NCBI RefSeq assembly: GCF_964204645.1
Contig: NC_134028.1
Coordinates: 23,742,345-23,806,344, forward strand
Direction of reading: 5' to 3'
Length of the DNA: 64,000 nucleotides
DNA from: Tubulanus polymorphus
Lineage: Eukaryota; Animalia; Nemertea
Both the position numbers and the translations under genes were made by a program. The notes beneath the pieces are model-generated. The model saw only the letters and a list, made by a program, of their open reading frames with translations, was not told the origin of the DNA and made no database searches. Positions 23,440-36,017 of this stretch are shown here, piece after piece (the stretch's first letter is position 1; each line of letters opens with the position of its first letter).

Positions 23440-25257
23440 ATGCAGTGTATGGTATACGTCGTAGCTACAATATGCTTGTTGCACCTGTGGCACTGCGTAC
23501 CCGTGTCCAGTTGGGAGAATCGTTACGGGGCTGAACTGAATTTTGTATGCCCGAAAGGCCAGCACATCTCCTCAATCAAAAGCGAACATTCAAACCGACA
23601 CGAGGACCGAGTTTGGGACTTCAAATGTAGAAACGGTTTTGTCAGCAGCCAATGCACTCTGTCCGACCCTGTAAATAAAATGGATGGAAACATGGATTTC
23701 CAATGTCCCAATCATGGAATCATCACAGGTTTTCACAGTTACCACGACAGTGATAAAGGTGATAGGGTCTGGCGTTTTACTTGCTGCAAGGTAAGCATTC
23801 GTTGTGTCGCGTAAACTATATGCGGCTGAAGCTTACGAGAGATAAACAGAAAAGATGTCTTACAGTTGTTTTATCTAATCGGCTCGAGGCGTCATCCACT
23901 ACGGAGGCTTGTCACGATAGCCGAAACGATACGATTTTCACTTCGATGATTCCTGGGATATACACGATAGGTAAAACACAATATCCGTGTTGACGCGATG
24001 AGGAGAGAATCCCACAATGATAATAAAAAGTCCTAAAATGAAACTTCGAGATAGTAGTTTATTCAACGTTTCGACTATATCCTAATAGTCATCTTCAGGA
24101 ATAATGATTATTCCTGAAGATGACTATTAGGATATAGTCGAAACGTTGAATAAACTACTATCTCGAAGTTTCATTTTCGGACTTTTTATTATCATTGTGG
24201 GATTCTCTCCTCATCCTGGGATATTGTACCGAATCTTTGATTTTGTACCCCCGGCTAGTGTCTGTGGTATCCCGGATGATTTAGGCATTTCTAGTATCGA
24301 TCTCATTTAAATGTTGAATTCTTTTTTAGTTGAACACACGACGATCATACAACTGCGCTTACAAAAGTACGAACGATTGGGACGAGAAAATCGGTTACAA
24401 TTTACCAGCAGGTTTTGCAATTACGGGCGTCCGCAGCAAGCACGCCAACTATTACGAGTAAGGGTATAGTAGAATACAGGACGTTTGAATTTGCTCTTGC
24501 GAGACAAAAAAAATTCAAACGCATTTAATCGTATTCTTTCAGGGATCGTCTGTACACTTTCAAAATATGCAAATTTTCCGTTTGCGTCGCAAAATCGATG
24601 AAGATTTTAGACGCGTTGAAAGCGAAACGAGGTGATAGACGAGTGGTGGGCGTGGTCAGTAACCAGGGCTGTTCGAAAGATGCTGAATATACGCTTGTAC
24701 TCGGGAGCTCGGACTCGGTAACCGAGACAAGTTCAATAACAACCACTGCTGCAAAACAATTCACATTTGAATCGACGATTGCAGTCGGGGCAACTGTCGG
24801 ATGGAAGGGTTTAGGATTAGGGAGTTCCGTAAGTTTCGGTGTTTCACAGTCTTTCGGTGGAGGCATGACCTTCGAATCGTCGAATACGAAAGAAACATCG
24901 ATAACGAGGGAAAGTTCGACCGGTTTAGAGGTTCAATATAATGGACCCGGAGCAGCCCTCATTTTGGCCGATGTCACCGAATACAGAATAAATACAGATA
25001 ACATCAATGTAGAATACGGAATCTATTGCGACAGCGGTCGATCGTACAAGAAAAAGGCAGTCGTAAAACTGAACATGAAATCATATGGGTCGACGCATTT
25101 CACGACTCAAATCGGCAGATTTCATCCCGGAAAATGCTCCCACACGACAAGAAAGTGTCTCCGAAACATCTCCGCACACAACGCAATTTCACCGAGCTAC
25201 GTGGTCACACGTTTCAACCGTTGTTTTAAAAACGTCGGCTATTTGATGAGAGATTGA
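23440..25257 (+). CDS. Secreted dermatopontin / amebocyte-aggregation-factor repeat protein with C-terminal aerolysin/ETX-like domain, ~397 aa; exons 23440-23790, 24330-24457, 24543-25257
   Basis: Signal peptide; three dermatopontin repeats (SEHSNRHEDRVWDFKC, SYHDSDKGDRVWRFTCC, SKHANYYEDRLYTFKIC); phase-compatible GT-AG introns; Ser/Thr-rich amphipathic C-terminal region; TATAAA near 23376 and AATAAA near 25270. Confidence 0.82.
23962..24213. mobile_element. Palindromic Penelope-like insertion in intron 1 of the dermatopontin gene
   Basis: ~109-bp inverted arms (23997-24105 and 24107-24215, one mismatch seen); flanking direct repeat TCCTGGGATAT (23951-23961, 24214-24224). Confidence 0.8.
24108..24153 (+). 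ncRNA. Minimal type I hammerhead ribozyme (mirror copy on minus strand at ~24059-24104)
   Basis: TTATTC CTGAAGA T GACTAT taggat ATAGTC GAAA CGTT GAATAA; predicted cleavage after U24147. Confidence 0.7.
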
Positions 25258-26638
25258 TGAGAGATTGAAAATAAATCATCTTTCAATTAAAGCTGTGTGT
25301 GTCATTATTTCATCCTCGATATTTAATAGATAGATAGATAGATAGATAATTACTTTGATTGCCAGAATATGAGTATGGTTCATCGTTTAGGACATTATAT
25401 CGTGTTTGTATACATTGACTTTACTCTGGTATGTTGATATGTGAAAGCCTTAAATATGTTGAATTTCTAAACAACTGCTGAGATTTTTCTAAATTCACTG
25501 CCAAGGAAGGCCGACAGTCATAGTTCAGGGCACAAAATTCCAGATATCATATTTAGAATCCAGTGGTTTTCCTGGTAATATCTCCGTAATTTCTAAGGTC
25601 AGGCAATCAGCGCGCTGCCTCTCTATTTACCGTGCAGTGCTGCCGCTAAGCCTATCGTTAGCGGATTTTGAATACACTAACATGACTCGACTCTGGCAAT
25701 CGATCAACGTGCTGATTTTTACACCGTGAGGTGCTGCTACTCAAACGTTTTTCGTCGGAAGGTTGTTCTTAGAAACGAAATGATTATTTCGTGGAAAAGA
25801 AAATGTGTGGCATGGTGAAAAAGATTGTTTTCTAACTAAACACTATGGGTTAGCGTTAGACTTACTAACCTGACTCTAATCCAGATCCTAACCTAACGCT
25901 TTAGACAATTTGCCCCATCCGTTTATTATACAACGCAGTCTTGTTACCCCCCAGGCAATTTCCCCTATAAAAGCCTTCCCAAGGCAATTAACCCCCTTCG
26001 CGAAATAATTCCTCAGAGAATAAACCTCTAAGTTTGCAAATAATCCCCAAAGAAAAACCCCTTCAAATTGCCCCAGAATAATAACCCCATAGCCGTATTT
26101 TTATTCTTACAAGGAGGAATGACGACCCGAATGTTATGTATGAACGTTAAGGGCTATGGTCACGTGATTCTCGATAGAGACACCTATTGGGGTGTTAGAC
26201 TTAATGCTAATTCCAAGTCCATGGTCGAAGTAGAGAATTTCATAAGTAATGATAATAATAAGATTAACTGATCTGATGACGAAACGAGAATCATACAATG
26301 AACAATTCTTTTTTCATAAGGTCGGTTGAACGAGATCGAGCCGATATATTGCTGTTTCGAATGATTGACCGAAACTACGCTAAACGTGGCGCATACCAAC
26401 TACTAACAAAAATGCGATATTGTGAACTGGCTTGATATTGACTTTTCGTCACATAGGCCGGTATCCGCTCCGGATGTGGTGAGATGGAACCAAGTCATGC
26501 AATTGGAAATCATGTGTCGCGAGTGCTTGAAAATATAGAAAAAATAACGTTTGTGAAATAAATGTTTTCATTACGCTCGAATTGGCCGCTCTTCACACAT
26601 AACAACGGTATGTAGTTTAGAAGCTGGTGGTAGCAACG

Positions 26639-28778
26639 ATGAGCTGGAAGCTGATAGGTCTTATTGCATCATTCATAACCATCGTACATATTCAAGGTTT
26701 AAGTAAGTAGGCTACCGTGGTCGCGTTCGACGTATTTACTCGATATTTTCAGGAACTTTTTTGGTCGAAAGCCGGGTCAGGACAAAACCTGGGCTAGTAA
26801 AATAAAACAACTTTACAGTTGCTAGCCGCCATCTTTTCTCTTTTTTTTGTGTTTTTTCATACTTATTGGTCCAGATGGATTTTAACCGTTTAAGAGACAT
26901 TTAAACCGTGCGAATCTCTAGTTTTCAGTTAGATTCAGTCTCACATTTGCAGCAATGCGACATGAGCGCGAAAGAGATATAAAGTGAAAATGAAAAAGTA
27001 ACATCCATATACTGAAATACACGCATAGAAAACAGAGCCGAAACTCGAATGACAAAAGTCGCACTGCAGTTAAAAAGCAATAGAATGAAAACTTTGCAAT
27101 ATAACGTTGAAATTCTAATTTCACTTAAAAAAGGGTATTTATGCGAACAGTTGCTGAAATTTTTGAATTTTTGATTTAAACATCTTTTAAAAAAATAACG
27201 AACATCAAAGTTGTCTAATTTTAAGATTAGACAACTTTAACTTAATCTTTATTTTTTGTACATTACGAGCCGATGTTGCAATGACTAGATCCATTCTGTT
27301 TGCTCTTCTCTCATTACGACTTTCATTCAACTTCTGACTCTTTTTTCCAAGCGTATTTCATGCACTTCAAGCTGGTTCGACGAGGAAAATGGATGGTGGC
27401 CAGACTTATCGCTCGGATTCTTGCGAACTCCTTTAATGTAAAAAAATATCAATTAATGGTTTTGTATCTATATTCATTTCAAGCTTTGCGAAACGTCGCT
27501 TCGAATAAACCGGCATACCAAAGTACCACCCTCAGTGTAACGGTTGGGACCGGGGTAGCGCAAAATGCTGTTGATGGCAATACCAACACTCGGTTTCTTG
27601 CTGGTACATGTAGCCACACGGCCATAGCATCTCCCGGAGCTCCCTGGTGGATGGTCGATTTACAGGCTGTTTATGAAGTTAAGGCTGTTACGTTGCTGAA
27701 TAGAGGAGATTGTTGTGGTATGTAATCCGATATGAAATTCAGGCATAATATAAACTGACTTAATACTGTAATGCGCGAACAAACTACAGCGCGATAAAGT
27801 GCTGCTAGATTCAGATTGGCTTCAAATTTGCACACATAATCTATTTTTGAATTTAATGAAGACAAATTAAATGCTTTCAATTAGGGAAATGTGGCAGTCA
27901 TTTGTTTATCGTTTGTGTATTACGAATTAATTCAAAAAGGTCGATGTGGATGTTTTATTCAGTTTGATTTAAATCTATCGTCAAAATGAATCGATATTCT
28001 ATAGACTTTTTGCGTTGCATAGCAAAAATAGTTAGTGATGATAAATAATCATTGTGGATTCTATTTTTGTCTACAGCCGAGCGACTCGGGAACTTTAAGA
28101 TTATTGTATCTAGAGAAATCGTTACGAGTAATTTAGAACACGTTGACCCGTCCTCCGTCTGCGCGTTTCAAAATGAATCTATGAAAGCGAGTGAAAAGAA
28201 AAAATTTGACTGTACAATAACCGGACGCTATGTAACTGTCACAAAACCCGAAGGTTCAGAATTGACTCTCTGCGAGGTCTACGTCTGGGCCAGTGACGGT
28301 AAAGTATCATTGAATGCAATTGACAAACTGATAGAAAATACATTCAATTCTGACGAGTTTTGTTATAAAAGTGAATTTTTTTTTTCAGAGCCTTTGTCGC
28401 TGTATTCCACTGAAGGTACATTCAATCTGATATGTTGTAAAAATCTTGTTTCTGTTTTAACGTGGTGCAACATTTTCAAAGTATTTTTGAAATGTTTGTC
28501 TCTCGTCAAGTTGCAGGAATAAATCATTCATCATTGGTTTTGCTATTTCAGATACGTATGAGATATACACACACGTTGACGTTATTGAACCTGAACCCTA
28601 CTCTGTAATGGCGAACCCACGTGACGACTGTGTTTTCAAGTGTAACGTGGATAAACGTTGCGAGTCTGCGCTCGTGAAAGACAACTGGTGTAGACTTTAT
28701 TCCAGTTCCGTTAAAATCAAAAATATCGCTTCATCAAACGGAATATTATACACGACACTAACACCGATTATATTGTAA
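26639..28778 (+). CDS. F-type lectin (fucolectin) + PAN/apple domain, copy 1; exons 26639-26702, 27484-27717, 28077-28298, 28389-28415, 28552-28778
   Basis: Signal peptide MSWKLIGLIASFITIVHIQG; F-type motifs NVA.NKPAYQST, AVDGN, CSHT, PWWMVDL, NRGDCCAERL, GRYVTV, LTLCEVYV; C-terminal CVFKC....CES......CRLY. Confidence 0.85.
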
Positions 28779-29842
28779 ATCATTTCGGGAGACTGTTTGC
28801 CGGCCAATTCAATCCAATTCAATTATCGATATATTCAGATCCGAAATAATTTTATTGATCCTTGATATTATGTAATTTATATGATATTATTTATTGTCGA
28901 AAATGTTAAGCAATGTATATGTTATTTTTCAAGGCGTCAAGAAACTTTCAAGCTTTTTCATACCGTTCTCCACTGCATATTAACATAAGTGTATACATCA
29001 TTCGATGACATTTCGCTAGAATGTTGTTTAAAAAGGTGGTTAATTTTCAAGCCAGACTTAAATTTTAAAGTCGAGATCTTCTTACAATTCCTAATCGCAC
29101 TCTAATAATCAGGAAAGGTGCAATTACATTGGTTACAATTTGATTTTTGGGTTTAAAATTAAAAATAGAACAACAAAAAAATATGGACACACTATAACTC
29201 ACAACTGTGGAACTGACTCTGTTGCTATTTTCTATTAACACGAACATTTTCTATACTTAAAAATAAACAATTCCGTCATTGTAACGTATGTAGTTATATT
29301 CTAAGGTCCCTTGTTGAGCTCTTACCTAGCGTGCTCAGGAGAAAGTCTTGCGGGTGCATATAGGGTTATTCATTCTGATTCAGTCGAAATGTTGCATTGA
29401 TCCTGATATTTTTATCAGTTTAAAACTCTTTACAATCCGCACGTAAGTTACTCACATATTTTTTCGTGCAAAGACGCAAATTCTCGGCTGAGATGGTGTT
29501 GGACGCCACCTTAAATATTTTTCATATGATCAGCACCACAACAAGAGATGCGAACTGATGAACTGGATCCAGGACCCTACAGGAAAGTTGTTGCATGATT
29601 GACGTATTCTAACGTTTAGAGTCTGCTAACTAGGACGCTAAAATAACGACCTTGAATATGAAAAAAATTATGACCTTATCATTAGAGATTATTTGTCGCC
29701 TGGAGATATAAATAATAAAACACCTTTTTGGTAGCGACATCGGTTTCCTTTGAGTAGATCATGTCAGTTAAGAAGCCGTTACATAAACATGTTCGTTACA
29801 TAAACAGCTCGAAGCCGTTGATGTGTCTAGGGAAGCGACACA

Positions 29843-32800
29843 ATGAGCGGGAATACAGAAATGTGTATAATTCTTTCATGCACGATAATCGTATACATAC
29901 AAGGTTTAAGTAAGTACCAGCTGCATGTTCACATTAGATTTCCAAAAAAGATTGTTTTTGTAGAAAAAAAAATGATGATGAAATTTGCATTGCATAGATC
30001 TATAAATTGCAAGGGCTGGATCCTTCATAGCCATAAAGTGCGCTTAAAATGTATCGACTTATTACCTTTTATGTATGTATAGCTTATGAAAAAATGAGCA
30101 TCCTACACTCTTAGAACAAAGGGTTCTACCGTAGAACCTTTAGGGGTTCTTGGGCTTGCCTCCCAGGGAGAACCCCTGAAGGTTCTTCAAAGAACCTTTT
30201 TTGTAGGGTTCCTTGAAGAACCCCTGGTAAAGGTTCTTTGAAGAACCATTTCGTATAAAGGGTTCTTGTTAGAACCCTTTCAATATTGTCAAATGGTTCT
30301 TGACAGGGTTCTTGGGAGAACCATTTAAAGGTAATTTATTTTTAGGGTTCCTCATTCATTTTTTGACTGCTCAATCTGTTCATGATTTGTCCATCCTCTG
30401 TTATGTTTGACTGCTCCCTTAATCCTCATGTGGATAAAAAAACTGATGATAAGAATCGCATAAAATTAACATCATATAAACCTTTTTTATTATAAAATCT
30501 CATGAATTGAAATATTAATGATAAATATATTTACAATAAATGATACAAAAATAGTTTCACTAATTGGTTACATGTACAATAAGATTGAAAGATGGAGAAT
30601 TTTTTTCATTGCGCTAATCGCTTGGTATCTTAAATCGGTTGGGATTTTTTCGACACTAAGTCTAAAACATAATGTTTCGAGAATATCAAAGTTTTTAAAA
30701 AGTTAGTGGTATAAGATGTAAGATGATATGCTAAACGTATAATAGGCCGACTTATGGCAGGCCACTCCGCTTATTAAGAATCTGTCCACTTTCAATTAAC
30801 TATAAGCCATCTTCTTACATATGTTTGTTTCAACGCGCTGCCACCCTCGCAACCTTTCAACCGCAGCGTCCGGATTATAGTCGTATATTTCCTGAAATAT
30901 AAATAACATTGAGAACAATTAATGGTGTAATAAAATCGATTATGTTTTGCAATAATGCACACTGCAAGTAAATCTAAACACTTTCTTGTATTACATGCAT
31001 AAGTTCCAAATACATTTATCAGTAGAAAAGACAAACGGTTAAAGTTAACAGTGGGATTAGATTCAGAAAAATACAAACCTTTTTAATGGTTTTCAGGTCT
31101 TTCGCATCCTCTCTCAAAATCCCTGGTAATACGTGAAGCTCTGCTGTTCTCATCATATCTGAAAACCAGTGAATATGTAGATTGAAAATGATTATCTTCT
31201 ATCAAAATACAGTCAGACAGTAAAGGCTCATTGAGTCAAGATTTACTAACCTGTTTCTGCAATTTCGCTGCTTCGAAGGAAGGAAGCGACACGATTGCCA
31301 TATGTACAGACTTCGTACATTTCTATAATTCTTTCCGCCATAGGTCCGAGATTGGAAAAACATCTTTTGCACCGCGGTCTCACAATATGGTCAACTTCCA
31401 TGGAACAATTTCTATAATACAAAAGTAATGGGAAAGTTTTAAATAATAATTATGGCTGATCTGATTCCGAGTCACTCCGGCTTTATGGCCTATATTTCAT
31501 ATATTTCAAATATCACAAATGTTATATACATTCATTGAATACAACTTACCAGAATTAATTCACATTTCCAAGCTCCAGATATTCATCTTACAAAACAACG
31601 AAAAGAACGAGTCGATATAGTTTAGTTTAGTTTAGTTTATTGCTCCAAAAAAGATATACAATTTTTCCGAGCATAACAAAATAGTATGAATAGTATAAAT
31701 ATAAAAGCTAGCAAATTTATACATATTAATAGCCCTAGCTATAACAACCGTGTAGCAGTCGTAATGTATTTAGATAGACTGTAATACAGGTTTTCATTAC
31801 TGAGCAATTGCTTGAATTTATAATGATTTGCGCCAATTCTATATATCTGTTAGGTATATACAAAATTCTAAAAGCGTTGAAAAATTCGCACTTCAGTATG
31901 AAATGATATTCGTCCCCAATAGTATTCTCGTTACATTTATTACAAACTCGTTCGTTCCGTGGTTTGTTTTCATATCTACCAGTCTCTATTGGTAATTTAT
32001 GGTTGGAACATCTAAATCTACATAGTGAGATTCTTAAACTTCGTGGTAGTGATGAAAGATATTTTTCTTGTCCCCAATCAGTTTTAAATATTCTATACGT
32101 ATCTAATTTAGAGGATAGTACCATCGATCCATGCCATGTCTGTTTAAATTGATCTTCCAATCTAAGTTTTACGAGTTCCCCAAGGTAGGGAATATTCGGA
32201 AAAGTTTGTTCCAACCATATATTACCAAGACCACAATTCTGTAAGATTGATTTGATACAGGATATCCATTTACTTTGCGAACCATTTAAATGACTATTAT
32301 AAAGAATGCGGTACATTTTACCAGAGTATGTCTCTTCATGCAGGATCAAGTGTCCCCAAAATTTTACCATACGAACTTTGATACGAATTTCAAATGGAAA
32401 CCTTCCTGTCTCACCGTATATCATCAAATTTGGTGTTGACCTCTTGAGGCTTAGCAGATATTTACAAAATGTTAAATGAATTTTTTCAATAACATCAAAA
32501 TTTCCAAAGCCCCACACCTCACAACCAAATGTTAAAATCGATCCAACCATTGCGTCAAAGACTTGGAAAGCAGTATCAAAGTCAAGAGAAAAATGTTGAA
32601 CTTTCTTAAGAACAAATATAAGCGCCTTCTTTGCGTGTTCACAAATCAGCTTTTTACATTTTGCAAAGTTTCCTGTATAATTAAAAAGCACACCTAAATA
32701 TTTAAATTCAGATACAGTTTCGATTAATACTCCATCGATATTAAATACGGGTTGTCTAATAGACTTCCTTTTTTTCGAATACAATGGCTTTAGTTTTACT

Positions 32801-35800
32801 AATATTGATTACTAATTTCCACCTTTTACAATAAGCGACCAACATATCGAGGTTTTTCTGAAGTGCACTTGCACTATCGGCCAATAAGATCGTATCATCT
32901 GCGTACAGCAGAACTAGTAGCTGAACCCATAGATCTTCGTTTTCGAAGGGAGATGAAATCCCTTGACAACCACTTTCAATTAATGAAGCCTCAAGGTCAT
33001 TGACAAATATAGAAAAAAGCACTGGCGATAAATTTTCCCCTTGTCTCAATCCTATGTTACTAAGAAAACAACCTGAGGATTGACCCTGCACGTGAACCAT
33101 GGATTTGATATGTTTATACATATTATGAATTACGTTTAGGATATTTCCGGTGATACCTGTTGAGATAAGTTTGTGCCACAGTGCCTTTCGCCATATTGTA
33201 TCAAATGCCTTTTGGTAGTCAATAAAAATACAATAGAGCTTTCGCTTCTTACTAAAAAGGGTGTCAATTACTGAGTGAAGGGTGAAAATGTGATCCAAAA
33301 TGCTATGATTTTTTCGAAATCCGGCTTGATTTCTATTCAGGAGTTCATTTGATTCAAGAAATTCATGGAGACGATCGTTTAATATACTTGTGAATAACTT
33401 ACTAATACAACTCAGTAATGTGATTCCCCGATAATTGTCCGGATCACGTGGCTCGCCTTTGTTCTTAAAAATAGGTGTAACTTTACCAATTGTCCAGTTC
33501 TCAGGGATAATCCCAGTTTCCAGGACCTTATTAAAGAGATTGACTAAAGTGGGCATTATTATATCTTCAGAGGTTTTAAGGAATTCGTTCAGTATCTCGT
33601 CACATCCAGGTGCCTTGTTATTCTTAAGTTTCTTATACTATATGCACTATGCACTGAGCGAAGTTTGTATGAGTCGTGGTGGCAGATAATTATACAACAG
33701 TTAGTTGCATGAACAAAGGAATAATTGCCTGATCATGTACACATGGCCCTATAGGCACGAAACTACAATAGCATGATACTTATTAGGCCCAAAGCATTAC
33801 GTTACTTTGAATTTCCACTATACTCTATGTTTTTATTCAACAAAAAATGTACAAAGACTTCGACTGAATGTTTTGATAGAAATTGAGCCGAAAATACACA
33901 CAATTCTCATTTTTGAGTTGCATTAGAACTTTGGATTTACTAGTTCTTTTTAAACTGCACAGTCCATTCAGAAACGCCTAGAGTTTAGAAGAGTTTAATT
34001 GTTTTTTTAAAGCATTAAAAAGCATTGTTCTTTTTTCTGCCGTCTCTCCATAAAACCTAGTCGATGTCTCAGACTAGCAAATCAAGTTATTCAGTCTCTA
34101 CATATTATTATCAGTCGATGTCGCAGACTAGCAAATCAAGTTATTCAGTCTCTACATATTATTATCAGTCGATGTCGCAGACTAGCAAATCAAGTTATTC
34201 AGTCTCTACATATTATTATCACACGTTAAAGGCGTTCACCACTGATTTTAAACATACGACTTTTTAAATCTTAAAGAACGAATTAAAATAAAGGTTCATT
34301 AATTTTAAAAATGCATCCTTGTCGCACACGGTCACCATTTTTTAAATATTGTGATGATACATAGTAAATTGTTTTCAAAGTTAACCCAATTCTAATTTCC
34401 AGTCAAAATGTTTTGTATATAACCTACACCACATAGAAAATCAGTTATATTCATCAGCTATACTAATTATTCCCTGTTGCAGGTCTACTTAATTCTTAAT
34501 TGACAATTGTGACCACATTAGGGTTCTTATAAGAACCCTTATGTCTCGAAGAACCCCAATCTACATTCCATATTGTTGAAACACCTTAAAGCCTCACCAA
34601 GAACCCCAAGGTTCTTCGAAGAACCCCCGAAGAACCATTTGTTCTAAGAGTGTATGATCATTTCACGCCGGTAGCCATATTTTTCATACTCTTCTCGCCG
34701 GCTAAAGAGAATTTTGAAAAAAATTGTATGTTCACTATTGTCATCGTATGTACAATTTTGCATCTATATTAAATTCAAGCTTTACGAAACGTCGCTTTAA
34801 ACAAACCGGCAAACCAGAGTACCACCCGTACACATGATAGCTTCGGGTCTGCGGGAAATGCTATTGACGGTAATACTGATACGAGATATCACTCCGGTGG
34901 TTGTAGTCACACCGCAGCATCAGTTCCCGGGGCTCCCTGGTGGATGGTTGATTTACAGGCTGTTTACGAAGTCAAGGCTGTTACGTTGTTGAATAGAGAT
35001 AAAGCTCGTAAGTTATTTGAAATGAAATATGCAAAAATTTCTGAAAATCATGTAATTACATTTAACAGATCACGAGAAAGTTTATACAGCGGTAGAAAGT
35101 GTTGAATAATTGCTTAAAACTTTGTTCATTTTGAAAGTGAGGAAAGAAAATAATTGATTTCACTAATAGGGTGAAATCGTTAATAAGGTCCACCAAAAAC
35201 ACATTTATAATTGTTTGTATCATGTCGGATATTCGCATTGTTTTGAATCCGGTACATTAAACTGGCCATAACTAGACTCTATTTGTTAATCGAATATTTC
35301 CATAAATTTTTTTAGCCGAGCGACTTGGAAACTTTACGATTATTGTATCTAGGGATAGCGTTACGAGTAATCTAGAACACGTTGACCAGTCCTCCGTCTG
35401 CGCGTTTCAAAGTGAACCTATAAAAGCGAGTGAAATGAAACAATTTGACTGTACAATGACCGGACGCTATGTAACTGTCACAAAACCCGAAGGTTCAGCA
35501 TTGACTCTCTGCGAGGTCTACGTCTGGGCCAGTGACGGTAAAGTATCATTGAATGCAATTGACAAACTGATAGAAAATACATTCAATTCTGACGAGTTTT
35601 GTTATAAAAGTGAATCTATTTTTTCAGAGCCTTTGTCGCTGTATTCCACTGAAGGTACATTCAATCTGATATGTTGTAAAAATCTTGTTTCTGTTTTAAC
35701 GTGGTGCAACATTTTCAAAGTATTTTTGAAATGTTTGTCTCTCGTCAAGTTGCAGGAATAAATCATTCATCATTGGTTTTACTATTTCAGATACGTATGA

Positions 35801-36017
35801 GATATACACACACGTTGACGTTATTGAACCTGAACCCTACTCTGTAATGGCGAACCCACGTGACGACTGTGTTTTCAAGTGTAACGTGGATAAACGTTGT
35901 GAGTCTGCGCTCGTGAAAGACAACTGGTGTAGACTTTATTGCGGTTCCGTTAAAATCAAAAACATCGCTTCATCAAACGGAATATTATACGCGACACTAA
36001 CACCGACCATATTGTAA
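29843..36017 (+). CDS. F-type lectin + PAN, copy 2 (intron 1 holds a 4.5 kb transposon)
   Basis: Signal exon at 29843; lectin exons start near 34780 and 35316; last exon ends TAA at 36015-36017; binding loop NRDKAPERL. Confidence 0.75.
30796..31401 (-). CDS. Spliced ~108-aa ORF inside the CACTA-like element (exons 31401-31251, 31158-31079, 30891-30796); duplicate at ~40923-41529
   Basis: Three exons with canonical GT-AG sites joining in frame; includes RTAELHVLPGILRED. Confidence 0.45.
31618..33637 (-). mobile_element. 5'-truncated LINE (RT domain) nested in the CACTA-like element; frameshifted copy
   Basis: NYRGITLLS, QAGFR, GLRQGENLSP, LLYADDT; 3' AATAAA + (CTAAA)n tail; extra T near 32770 splits the ORF. 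Confidence 0.92.
34058..34220. repeat. 51-bp tandem repeat x3 (duplicate at 44185-44347)
   Basis: AGTCGATGTCGCAGACTAGCAAATCAAGTTATTCAGTCTCTACATATTATTATC repeated; explains the repetitive 67-aa ORF. Confidence 0.9.

Larger units (their letters stand above)
30106..34652. mobile_element. Non-autonomous CACTA/EnSpm-like DNA transposon, 4547 bp
   Basis: TIRs CACTCTTAGAACAAA / TTTGTTCTAAGAGTG, TA duplication; empty site GAGCATCCTATGATC in copies 3 and 5; many subterminal GGTTC/GAACC motifs. Confidence 0.85.

Noticed and set aside
24525-24866. 113-aa minus-strand ORF, and similar antisense ORFs at 2942, 19730, 21082 and 53805
   Set aside because: Shadows of real plus-strand coding exons.
26068-26540. 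Possible exon-like segments upstream of lectin copy 1
   Set aside because: I could not assemble them into a recognisable protein.
28299-28522. Hydrophobic C-terminal extension of lectin ORFs suggesting a membrane anchor
   Set aside because: Read-through into introns; the donor GTAAAG and downstream exons explain the structure.
34064-34267. 67-aa repetitive ORF (also 44191-44394)
   Set aside because: By-product of a 51-bp tandem repeat inside a transposon.
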